DNA of 64,000 nucleotides from contig JAGXHE010000088.1 in NCBI GenBank assembly GCA_024636445.1, positions 790-64,789 on the forward strand, given 5' to 3'. The stretch is from Sulfitobacter sp. (GTDB taxonomy: Bacteria; Pseudomonadota; Alphaproteobacteria; Rhodobacterales; Rhodobacteraceae). This document shows positions 10,440-20,862 of the stretch, in pieces. The stretch's first letter is position 1. Each line of letters opens with the position of its first letter. The notes beneath the pieces are model-generated. The model did no database searches, was not told the origin of the DNA, and saw nothing but the letters and a program-made list of their open reading frames with translations. The position numbers and the translations under genes are program-made.

Positions 10440-10479
10440 CTTCTGGGGAAGCAACCCGTGACATCGTTTGAATGTGAGA

Positions 10480-10505
10480 AGAGCGCGCCGTGGCTGGCGC
10501 GCTCT
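10480..10505. terminator. Bidirectional hairpin terminator between convergent genes
   Basis: AGAGCGCGCC-gtggct-GGCGCGCTCT, a perfect 10-bp stem followed by a T-rich stretch. It lies between the repeat-protein stop and the eno stop. Confidence 0.6.
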
Positions 10506-10535
10506 GGTTCTGTTCGGGCTAATGCTGGTGGCTGC

Positions 10536-12772
<2,237 letters not shown>

Positions 12773-12910
12773 TCCCGTGTTGACGTGGGGATGGGGACAA
12801 TCCGGCGCAGTTGCAAGGCGCAAAAGCCGCGGGGTAACCCGAAGCGTTTGCAACGCGGCGACACTACGGCTGGAAACCGCGCAGAGGTGGTGCAAATCCT
12901 GCGTTGCGCC

Positions 12911-13624
12911 TTAAGCCTGCAGGCGGATCATCAGCTGGTTGCCGTCCTTGCGGGTCTCGATCTCGGTGATGTCACGCACCAGTGCGCTCAGCTTGGAGTG
13001 GCCATAGGTGCGGGTGTCGAAATCGGGATGAGACGACTGGATCGTCTGGCCGATCTGGCCCAGCGAATACCATTCGTCCTCGCGCTCGATCTTTTCCATC
13101 GCCGCTTCGATCAGAGGCAGGGCATCGCGGGATTTTTCGCGCATCGCGGGGGCAGGGCCTTCGGCTGTGGGGCCAAGGTTCTCGATAAAGATGAAACGGT
13201 TGCACACATTGCGCAGCGCCTCGGGGGTCTTTTTCTCACCGATGCCGATCACCGTCAGCCCGTCTTCGCGCAGGCGGTTGGCAAGCGAGGTAAAGTCGCT
13301 GTCGGAGGAGACCAGCACAAAGCCGTCAAAGCGGCGGGTGTGCAGAATGTCCATCGCGTCGATCACCAGCCCGATGTCGCTGGCGTTCTTGCCAGAGGTG
13401 TTCGCGGTTTCCTGATGCGCCACCAGACCCAGTGACAGCACATGCTCGGACCAGTTGCGCAGACGACCCGAAGACCAGTCGCCGTAGACGCGGCGCAGGG
13501 CGGGTTCGCCGATCGAAGTCACTTCGCGCAGGATCGCGGTGGCGTGTTTGGCCGGAACGTTATCGGCGTCGATCAACACGGCAAGAAGCGGGCGGTCGCG
13601 GTCAACGGGCATATCTGGGTCCAA
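12911..13624 (-). CDS. NYN (LabA-like) nuclease domain protein with C-terminal OST-HTH/LOTUS domain
   Basis: The N-terminal part (LAVLIDADNV...YGDW...GKNASDIGLVIDAMD...VLVSSDSDFTSLANRLRE.G..VIGIG) matches the NYN/LabA pattern. The C-terminal part (WYSLGQIGQTIQSSHPDFDTRTYGHSKLSALV) matches the OST-HTH pattern. Confidence 0.75.
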   Translation of the reverse strand: MDPDMPVDRDRPLLAVLIDADNVPAKHATAILREVTSIGEPALRRVYGDWSSGRLRNWSEHVLSLGLVAHQETANTSGKNASDIGLVIDAMDILHTRRFDGFVLVSSDSDFTSLANRLREDGLTVIGIGEKKTPEALRNVCNRFIFIENLGPTAEGPAPAMREKSRDALPLIEAAMEKIEREDEWYSLGQIGQTIQSSHPDFDTRTYGHSKLSALVRDITEIETRKDGNQLMIRLQA

Positions 13625-13693
13625 TTCGAATGGTGTTTTGTGTGGCTGTAACCGCCGAAAGGTGAGCGGCAGATTACCTCTTCAGGCACTGGC

Positions 13694-14143
13694 CTATTTC
13701 TTTAACGGCACGCCGTAAAGTTCAAGCCGGTGACCGCGCAGCTTATATCCCAGCTTGGCGGCGATCCGCTCTTGCAGCGCTTCGATCTCTTCATCGACAA
13801 ACTCGATCACCTCGCCCGAATTCATGTCGATCAGGTGGTCGTGGTGGTCGCGCTCGGCGTCCTCGTAGCGGGCGCGCCCGTCACCGAATTCCAGCTTGTC
13901 GAGAATGCCCGCTTCTTCGAACAGTTTGACGGTGCGGTAGACCGTGGCAATCGAAATGCCCGCGTCTATGGCCGATGCGCGTCCGTAAAGCTGTTCGACG
14001 TCGGGATGATCTTCGCTGTCTTGCAGCACCTGCGCGATCACGCGGCGCTGGCCGGTCACACGCAGGCCCTTGGCCTCGCAGCGGGCAATGATCGGTAGGC
14101 TCATGGCGGTCTCCGGGGTCGGTGCGGGCGTGGCTGCGGCCAT
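13694..14143 (-). CDS. Fur family transcriptional regulator (Irr-like)
   Basis: 149 aa with a winged helix (GLRVTGQRRVI...ISIATVYRTVKLFEEAGIL) and an HHDHLID metal site. It lacks the CxxC pairs, as in alphaproteobacterial Irr-type Fur proteins. Confidence 0.8.
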   Translation of the reverse strand: MAAATPAPTPETAMSLPIIARCEAKGLRVTGQRRVIAQVLQDSEDHPDVEQLYGRASAIDAGISIATVYRTVKLFEEAGILDKLEFGDGRARYEDAERDHHDHLIDMNSGEVIEFVDEEIEALQERIAAKLGYKLRGHRLELYGVPLKK

Positions 14144-14473
14144 TTGAGGCGTGCAATTCGGACTTTGGTGTAACTTTCTTTGACCATCGGGGCCAGAGGC
14201 AATGGTTGACTTATCCCCAGCAAAAGTCCATGTGCCCCTCAGGCGTTACCGTCTGCCGCGTGAGCAGAGACAGGAAAGAGCGGGATCACACCCGCCGACC
14301 GAACCTTGGGATAAGGCGAGGTCAGGACCAGCGGACGCCCATCTGTTCCCGATATCACGCATGGGGCAACGCGACCGGACGGGGCGTTGGCATGTGGCCT
14401 GCGCTCGCTGATTTTCCGGCCGCTTCACCTTATGTGATGCCGTGCGCGCCTGCGTGCGGCCGAAGGATATGAC

Positions 14474-15799
14474 ATGAGCGATTTCGATATGATGGACCTG
14501 CCTGAACAGCTGGTCAAAAAGCTGGCGGAAATGGGTCTGAAAGACCCTACGCCCATTCAAAGACAAGCCATCCCGCATGCCCTGAACGGGCGCGACGTGA
14601 TGGGTCTGGCACAGACCGGCACCGGCAAGACGGCGGCATTCGGCGTGCCGCTGGTCGCACAGATGCTGCAGATGACGGGCCGCCCGAACCCGCGCACCGT
14701 GCGCGGTCTGGTGCTGGCACCGACGCGCGAGCTGGCAAACCAGATCATGGAAAACCTGAAAGGGTTCTGTGAAGGCACGCCGCTGAAGGCGCAGATGGTG
14801 GTTGGCGGCATGTCGATCAACCCGCAGATCAAGCGTCTGGAACGCGGTGTCGATCTGCTGGTCGCAACGCCGGGCCGGCTGCTGGACCTGATGGACCGCC
14901 GCGCGGTTGACCTGCGCGAAACCACGTTCCTGGTGCTGGACGAAGCCGACCAGATGCTGGACATGGGTTTCATCCATGACCTGCGCAAGATCGCGGCCGT
15001 GCTGCCGAAAGAACGCCAGACGATGCTGTTCTCCGCCACGATGCCCAAGCTGATGAACGAGATCGCCAACAGCTATCTCAACAGCCCGATCCGCATCGAA
15101 GTGAACCCTCCCGGCAAGGCGGCGGACAAGGTAACCCAAGAGGTGCACTTTATCGCCAAGGCCGAGAAATCCAAGTTCCTGATGGAGCTGCTGGACAAGC
15201 ACCGCGACGAGCGCGCGCTGGTCTTTGGCCGCACGAAGCACGGTATGGAAAAGCTCAGCCGGATGCTGGACAAGGCAGGCTTTGCCGCCGGTGCCATCCA
15301 CGGCAACAAGAGCCAGGGCCAGCGCGACCGCGCCATTGCCGCGTTCAAGTCGGGCGAGATCAAGGTGCTGGTGGCCACTGATGTGGCGGCGCGTGGTCTG
15401 GACATTCCGGACGTGAAACACGTCTACAACTACGAGTTGCCCAACGTGCCCGACAGCTATGTGCACCGCATCGGCCGGACCGCACGTGCGGGCAAGGACG
15501 GCGCCGCGGTGGCGTTCTGCGCCCCCGACGAGATCGACCAGTTGCGCGACATCCAGAAAGTCATGGGCGTGAAGATCCCGATCGCCACGGGCCGTGCGTG
15601 GGAATCAGTCGATCTGCCCGCCAAGGGCGGCAAGCCGGGTGGCAAACCCGGTGGCGGTCGTCGTCGCGGTGGCGGCGGTGGCGGCGGACGTCCCGGCGGT
15701 GGTGGCGGCGGCGGCGGTGCACCCTCCGGCGGTGGCCCGCGTCGCAGACGCGGCGGCGGCGGTGGCGGTGGCAAGCCCGGCGGCTCGCAGGCGGCCTGA
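14474..15799 (+). CDS. rhlE: ATP-dependent DEAD-box RNA helicase (RhlE type) with Gly/Arg/Pro-rich tail
   Basis: Contains the Q-motif, AQTGTGKT, DEAD (VLDEADQML), SAT and HRIGRTAR. The last ~70 residues are GGK/GGR/GGGGG low complexity. Confidence 0.93.
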   Translation: MSDFDMMDLPEQLVKKLAEMGLKDPTPIQRQAIPHALNGRDVMGLAQTGTGKTAAFGVPLVAQMLQMTGRPNPRTVRGLVLAPTRELANQIMENLKGFCEGTPLKAQMVVGGMSINPQIKRLERGVDLLVATPGRLLDLMDRRAVDLRETTFLVLDEADQMLDMGFIHDLRKIAAVLPKERQTMLFSATMPKLMNEIANSYLNSPIRIEVNPPGKAADKVTQEVHFIAKAEKSKFLMELLDKHRDERALVFGRTKHGMEKLSRMLDKAGFAAGAIHGNKSQGQRDRAIAAFKSGEIKVLVATDVAARGLDIPDVKHVYNYELPNVPDSYVHRIGRTARAGKDGAAVAFCAPDEIDQLRDIQKVMGVKIPIATGRAWESVDLPAKGGKPGGKPGGGRRRGGGGGGGRPGGGGGGGGAPSGGGPRRRRGGGGGGGKPGGSQAA

Positions 15800-15818
15800 T
15801 CTGCCTGACGAAATGACT

Positions 15819-15852
15819 AAAGGTCCAGCCCTGCGCGGCTGGACCTTTTTTT
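15819..15852 (+). terminator. Rho-independent terminator of rhlE
   Basis: AAAGGTCCAGCC-ctgcgc-GGCTGGACCTTT followed by a T-run, 20 nt after the stop. Confidence 0.85.
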
Positions 15853-15991
15853 GTGGGGTGATCTTGGGAATTGGATGCATGCGAAGCGGGCCGTCCCGTA
15901 AGGCCCCCTGCCTGAATGCGTTTTCGCCCGCAGCTTTGCACCGCCGCAACACGGATTGACTTTGGGCCATCCGCGCCCCTTGGTGGCGGTT

Positions 15992-16867
15992 ATGGAACGT
16001 AAAAAACATATCGACACATTCGGTGCGGTCGCGCTGATCGTGTTTGCGCTGAACCTGGGGTTCAATCAGGTGGTGGTCAAAGTCACCAACGGCGGCTTTG
16101 GCCCGGTGTTTCTGGCCGGTCTTCGGTCGGTCGGCGGTGCGGTCGTGTTGATGATGTGGATGAAGGCCAGCGGCGTGTCTTTCACGCTGCCGCGCAGCAG
16201 TATCCTGGGCGGCATCGTCTCGGGGTTGCTGTTTGCCGTCGAATTCATGTGCCTTTTCATTGCGCTCGACCTGACGACAGTGGGGCGCGTGTCGATCATT
16301 TTCTACTCCATGCCGGTCTGGCTGGCGCTGTCGGCGCATGTGTTGCTGCCGACCGAGCGGCTGAACGGCGTGCGGGTGGTCGGGCTGGTGCTGGCGATGG
16401 CGGGCGTGGCGCTGGCGCTGTTTGATCGCAGCAACGGGCAGGCATCGCTGCTGGGTGATCTGCTGGCGCTGTTCGCCGCGTTCTGCTGGGCTGCGATTGC
16501 GCTGTGCGTGCGTGTGACCCCACTGGCCCGCGTGCCGCCCGAGCAGCAATTGCTGTGGCAGCTGATCATCTCGGCGCCGCTGCTGTTGCTGGCGGCACCG
16601 CTGTTCGGGGATCTTTTGCGCGATGTGTACCCCATCCACTTGTGGGGGCTGGCATTTCAGATCGTCGCGGTGGCGAGCTTTGGCTTTCTGGCCTGGTTCT
16701 GGCTGATGTCGATCTACCCGGCATCTTCTGTGGCTTCGTTCAGCTTTCTGTCACCGGTGTTCGCGGTGATCCTGGGCTGGCTGCTGCTGGGCGAGCATGT
16801 GGGCTGGACGATCTGGGCCGCGCTGGGACTGGTTGCGGCGGGGATATTCCTGATCAACCGCAAGTGA
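15992..16867 (+). CDS. DMT superfamily (EamA) transporter
   Basis: An internal ATG gives MERKKHIDTFGAVALIVFALNLG. It has ten predicted TM helices in two EamA halves. Confidence 0.85.
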   Translation: MERKKHIDTFGAVALIVFALNLGFNQVVVKVTNGGFGPVFLAGLRSVGGAVVLMMWMKASGVSFTLPRSSILGGIVSGLLFAVEFMCLFIALDLTTVGRVSIIFYSMPVWLALSAHVLLPTERLNGVRVVGLVLAMAGVALALFDRSNGQASLLGDLLALFAAFCWAAIALCVRVTPLARVPPEQQLLWQLIISAPLLLLAAPLFGDLLRDVYPIHLWGLAFQIVAVASFGFLAWFWLMSIYPASSVASFSFLSPVFAVILGWLLLGEHVGWTIWAALGLVAAGIFLINRK

Positions 16868-16941
16868 CGGTCGAGGGAACGGCAGGGGGCCAGCCCCCCG
16901 GCCTTTGGCCGTCCCCCGGAGTTTGTCTTGCAAGATGAAGG

Positions 16942-18381
16942 TCAGGTGCCGCAGAAGGTTGCGGGGACGATTTCGTGCTGTGTGGGTGGGCGCATCAGAT
17001 CGGGGTCGGATGCCGGATCATATGGCGTGGCGAGCGCTTTCATTTCACGCTCGAACGGGGCCATGTCGCCCGCCACCGCCGCCTCGATCATCTGTTCCAT
17101 GCGGTGATTGCGCGGAATGATGCGTGGATTGCTGCGCGCCATCAGGGCCTTGGCGTCCGGTTCCGAGGCGATGCGGGCCTGCCAGCGGGTGTTCCATGCG
17201 TCAAAGGCGGCACGGTCGGTAAACTGGTCCTGCGCTGTGTCGGTGCCGAGGGCCGCGAAAGTATTGGTGAAATCCGCGCCATTTGACTGCATCAGGGCGA
17301 GCAGGTCTTCGATCAGCGGCTGGTCGTCTGTTGTGGGATGTTCCAGACCCAGTTTCGCGCCGAAGCGGTGCAGCCAGGCGGTCTGCAGCTGGGCAGGCAT
17401 TGCGTGCACAATCGCGGTGGCCTCTTCTATTGCGGCATCGACGTCGTCCATCTGCTGGATCAGGGCGGTGGCCAGTTGCGCGCAGTTCCAGACCGCGATG
17501 CGGGGCTGGTTGCCAAAGGCATAGCGGCCCTGCTGGTCGATCGAGGAAAACACGCGGGCCTCGTCATAGGCGTCCATGAACGCACAAGGCCCGTAGTCGA
17601 TGGTTTCGCCCGAAATGGCGCAGTTGTCGGTGTTCATCACACCGTGGATGAACCCCACGGACATCCATGCGGCGATCAGGTCGGCCTGTGCTGCACAGAC
17701 TGCCTTGAGCAGACCCATCGGGCCGTCGGCCTGCGGGCAATGGCGGGCGATTGCATAGTCGGTGAGGGTCTTGAGCTCTTCGACCTGACCGCGGTGGGCG
17801 AACACCTGAAAGGTGCCCACGCGCAGGTGGCTTGACGCCACGCGGGTCAGCACGGCACCCGGAAGTGCGCCTTGCTCGCGCCAGATCGGCTCGCCGCTGG
17901 CGACGGCGGCCAGCGCGCGGGTTGTGGGAATGCCAAGGGCGTGCATCGCTTCGGAGACGACGTATTCGCGCAGGACCGGACCCAGCCATGCACGTCCGTC
18001 GCCCATGCGGGAATACGGCGTGGGGCCCGAGCCCTTGAGCTGGATGTCGCGGCGGGTGCCTGTCTGGTCGATCACTTCGCCCAGAAGCAGCGCGCGTCCG
18101 TCGCCCAGTTGCGGGTTGAAATTGCCGAACTGGTGGCCTGCATAAAGCTGTGCGAGCGGTGCTGCACCATCGGGCACCACGTTGCCTGCAAAGACCTGCG
18201 CCAGATCGGCGGGGCCAATATCGGGGCCAATATCGGGGCGTGTGTCAATGCCAAGCTGGGCCGCGAGGGGCTGGTTGAACGCCAGAAGGTCCGGCGCTTT
18301 TACCGCGACGGGTGGCTGCGCGCTGAAGAAGCCCGAGGGCAGGGCGGCATAGGAGTTGTCGAAGGGGATGTGTAAGGTCAT
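16942..18381 (-). CDS. selO: Protein adenylyltransferase SelO (YdiU/UPF0061)
   Basis: 479 aa. YAGHQFG..NPQLGDGRA, KGSGPTPYSR and HGVMNTDN motifs are typical of SelO pseudokinases. Confidence 0.92.
   Translation of the reverse strand: MTLHIPFDNSYAALPSGFFSAQPPVAVKAPDLLAFNQPLAAQLGIDTRPDIGPDIGPADLAQVFAGNVVPDGAAPLAQLYAGHQFGNFNPQLGDGRALLLGEVIDQTGTRRDIQLKGSGPTPYSRMGDGRAWLGPVLREYVVSEAMHALGIPTTRALAAVASGEPIWREQGALPGAVLTRVASSHLRVGTFQVFAHRGQVEELKTLTDYAIARHCPQADGPMGLLKAVCAAQADLIAAWMSVGFIHGVMNTDNCAISGETIDYGPCAFMDAYDEARVFSSIDQQGRYAFGNQPRIAVWNCAQLATALIQQMDDVDAAIEEATAIVHAMPAQLQTAWLHRFGAKLGLEHPTTDDQPLIEDLLALMQSNGADFTNTFAALGTDTAQDQFTDRAAFDAWNTRWQARIASEPDAKALMARSNPRIIPRNHRMEQMIEAAVAGDMAPFEREMKALATPYDPASDPDLMRPPTQHEIVPATFCGT
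18211..18234 (-). repeat. In-frame 12-bp tandem duplication inside selO
   Basis: GGGGCCAATATC occurs twice, then a partial GGGGCG. This encodes PDIGPDIGP. Confidence 0.9.
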
Positions 18382-18412
18382 CTGGATTATATAAGCGTTT
18401 TCGGCGCGGATT

Positions 18413-18862
18413 CTAGAGCATCCGTGTCATCAGGTGGTAGCCGTCTCGCATTTGAAACGCGGCGCGCTTGTACAGCCGCTGTGCCGTTTCATTGTCGGTG
18501 GAGACTTCGAGGTGCAGCGCCTTGAGGCCCGCAGCCCCCAGCGCGCGGGGCAGGGCCATCAGCACCTCGGTGGCAACGCCGCGCCCGCGCACGCCGGGGC
18601 GAATGTACAGCTCGTCTACAAAGCCCTCCATGCCGCCAAACTCGACCGACCAGCCGAAGCATACGATGATATAGCCTATCGGCGCGCGGGGCGGGCCGAT
18701 CAGATAGGCGGCGCCATGCGGGTTTCCGTCGAGCAGCGGCGCCACGCCGGCGCGGCGCGTGTCGGCGGTGCTGGCGATGCCATCTTCGTCGTGAAACCGC
18801 GCGACCAGCACCAGCAACGCATCCAGGTGGTCTGGCGTGGCAAGGGTCAGAGCAGCACTCAT
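18413..18862 (-). CDS. GNAT family N-acetyltransferase
   Basis: 149 aa with the acetyl-CoA motif RPGVRGRGVATEVL. Its start overlaps the upstream gene stop (ATGA). Confidence 0.85.
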   Translation of the reverse strand: MSAALTLATPDHLDALLVLVARFHDEDGIASTADTRRAGVAPLLDGNPHGAAYLIGPPRAPIGYIIVCFGWSVEFGGMEGFVDELYIRPGVRGRGVATEVLMALPRALGAAGLKALHLEVSTDNETAQRLYKRAAFQMRDGYHLMTRML

Positions 18863-19821
18863 AGCCGGGCGATCCGTTCGGTCAGCAGGGCAAAAAAGCC
18901 GTCAGCGTCGAGGTCGCCGATGAACGTCGCATTGGGTGCGCGGTCGGTCACGCCCCACCAGTCAGCGACGGTCATGCCAAGGGTCAACTCGGAGGTGGTT
19001 TCGATCTCGACGTTCACATGACGGCCCGAGAACAGCTCGGGGCGGATCAGGTAGGCGGTCACGCAAGGGTCGTGCAGGGGGGCGCCTGCGCTGCCGTATT
19101 TCTCCTTGTCGAAACGCTCGAAAAACTCGGTCATTTGCGCCACGGCGATGCCCACGGGCGTGCCGAGGTCGCGAAAAGCGTCGTTGCGGGTGGCGGTGAC
19201 CAGCGCCTTGTGCGTGACGTCGAGTGGCATCACCACGATATCGATGCCGGATCCGAACACGATATCAGCGGCTTGCGGGTCGACGTAGATGTTGAACTCT
19301 GCGGCGGGTGTGATGTTGCCCACCTGAAAGTAAGCCCCCCCCATCAGCACGATCTGCTGGATTTTTTCGGCGATATCAGGGGCACGTTGCAGGGCGGTGG
19401 CGATGTTGGTCAGCGGCCCAAGCGGGCACAGGGTGACGGTGCCCGCATCATGCGCGCGCAGGGTTTCGATGATGTAGTCGACTGCGTGCTGCTCTTGCAG
19501 GGGCATGGTCGGATCGGGCAGCGCGGGGCCATCAAGACCGGTCTTGCCGTGCACATGTTCGGCGGTGACCAGAGGCCGGCCCAGCGGACGGTCGCAGCCT
19601 GCATACACCGGAATGTCCTGCCGATCCGCCAGTTCACAGATGATCCGCGCGTTCTTTTCGGTCAGATGCAGCGGCACATTGCCTGCGACGGCGGTGATGC
19701 CCAGCACCTCGATCTCGTCGGGACTGCCGAAGGCCAGCAGGATCGCGACAGCGTCGTCCTGTCCTGGGTCGGTGTCGATGATGATCTTGCGCGGGGCAGT
19801 GGCGAGGCCGGTCTGAGGCAT
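18859..19821 (-). CDS. Nucleoside hydrolase (IUNH family)
   Basis: 320 aa. The N-terminal IIDTDPGQDDAVAILLA (DxDxxxDD) fingerprint is present. Confidence 0.92.
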   Translation of the reverse strand: MPQTGLATAPRKIIIDTDPGQDDAVAILLAFGSPDEIEVLGITAVAGNVPLHLTEKNARIICELADRQDIPVYAGCDRPLGRPLVTAEHVHGKTGLDGPALPDPTMPLQEQHAVDYIIETLRAHDAGTVTLCPLGPLTNIATALQRAPDIAEKIQQIVLMGGAYFQVGNITPAAEFNIYVDPQAADIVFGSGIDIVVMPLDVTHKALVTATRNDAFRDLGTPVGIAVAQMTEFFERFDKEKYGSAGAPLHDPCVTAYLIRPELFSGRHVNVEIETTSELTLGMTVADWWGVTDRAPNATFIGDLDADGFFALLTERIARL

Positions 19822-19835
19822 GATGGCGGGTCCTT

Positions 19836-19857
19836 GGTCGTGAAAAGGTCGTGAAAA
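19836..19857. repeat. Perfect tandem 11-mer (GGTCGTGAAAA x2) immediately upstream of the nucleoside hydrolase RBS
   Basis: Read directly. On the coding strand it is TTTTCACGACC-TTTTCACGACC-AAGGAcccgccatcATG. Confidence 0.9.
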
Positions 19858-19962
19858 TATCCGCTCAGGCGGCGTTGCGCGACATTCGCAATTGGGGGCG
19901 GCGATGTCCAGTGGGGGCGGTGCGGCCTTGGCAAGGGACCGCTGCCCGCGAAACCTGTGGAT

Positions 19963-20799
19963 TTAGCTGCGTTTCAACGCTTTCTCGGCGGCTTTCTCAG
20001 CATCCCACAGTGCATCCATCTCGGCCAGATCGCTTTCACTCGGTGCCTTGCCCATGTCGGCCAGCTGCCGCTCGACGCCTTCGAACCGGCGCGTGAACTT
20101 GGCGTTTGCCGCGCGCAACGCTTCTTCGGGATCGACACCCAGATGCCGGCCCAGATTGGCCATCACGAACAAAAGATCGCCAAATTCTTCGGTGACTTCC
20201 GCGTGGCTCAGCGTTTCGCGTGCCTCGACCAGTTCGGCGGCCTCTTCGGTGATCTTGTCGATCACCTGATCGGTCGTGGGCCAGTCAAAACCGACGCGCG
20301 CTGCCCGTTTTTGCAGCTTGACTGCCCGCATCAGGGCAGGAAGGCCGATTGCCACCCCATCCAACGTGCCGCGCTGCGCCTTGCCTGCGCGCTCGGTGGC
20401 CTTGATCGCCTCCCAGTCCAGCGTCTGCTGCTCGGCAGATTTGTCGCGGCTTGCGTCGCCGAACACATGCGGGTGTCGCGCGACCATCTTGTTGCTGATG
20501 TTGCGCACCACGGACTGAAACGAGAAATGCCCGGCTTCTTCGCCGATCGCGGTGTGATAGACCGATTGCAGCAGCAAATCGCCCAACTCTCCCTCAAGCT
20601 CGGACCAGTCTTGCCGCGCAATCGCGTCGGCCACTTCGTAAGCCTCTTCGATGGTATAGGGCGCGATGCTGTCGAAGCTTTGTTCGATATCCCACGGACA
20701 ACCTGTTTGCGGATCGCGCAGGCGGCGCATGATCTCCAGCAAACGCTCGATCCCCGCAGATTGGTCGTGGATCAGATCATCCGTCATTTCAGCCCCCAT
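19963..20799 (-). CDS. mazG: Nucleoside triphosphate pyrophosphohydrolase MazG
   Basis: C-terminal 278 aa of track ORF 19963..21939. It has tandem MazG domains (EEAYEVADAI, EEFGDLLF). The start is at MGAEM (20799) or MTDD (20787). The upstream part of the ORF is antisense to the M20 gene. Confidence 0.92.
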   Translation of the reverse strand: MGAEMTDDLIHDQSAGIERLLEIMRRLRDPQTGCPWDIEQSFDSIAPYTIEEAYEVADAIARQDWSELEGELGDLLLQSVYHTAIGEEAGHFSFQSVVRNISNKMVARHPHVFGDASRDKSAEQQTLDWEAIKATERAGKAQRGTLDGVAIGLPALMRAVKLQKRAARVGFDWPTTDQVIDKITEEAAELVEARETLSHAEVTEEFGDLLFVMANLGRHLGVDPEEALRAANAKFTRRFEGVERQLADMGKAPSESDLAEMDALWDAEKAAEKALKRS

Positions 20800-20862
20800 T
20801 GCAGCCCGCAGCACTTCGGTGTCAGATGCACCAAGCCGCAAATTATCCAAGGAGTCCACCCA

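Noticed and set aside
14246-15466. 406-aa minus-strand ORF
   Set aside because: It is antisense to rhlE, which has all DEAD-box motifs. Its composition is His/Arg/Gln/Ala-rich.
15457-15774. Poly-proline ORF (PPPPPPP runs) on the minus strand
   Set aside because: It is the mirror image of the GGC/GGT repeat that encodes the RhlE glycine-rich tail.
15605-16639. 344-aa minus-strand ORF
   Set aside because: It is antisense to the EamA transporter gene. It is a Gln/Arg/His-rich shadow ORF.
19957-20862. N-terminal extension of the 693-aa plus-strand ORF, and the matching extension of the 658-aa minus-strand ORF (20800..21939)
   Set aside because: Each extension is antisense to a well-supported gene (mazG and the M20 amidohydrolase respectively). 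The real starts have RBS and family-typical N-termini.
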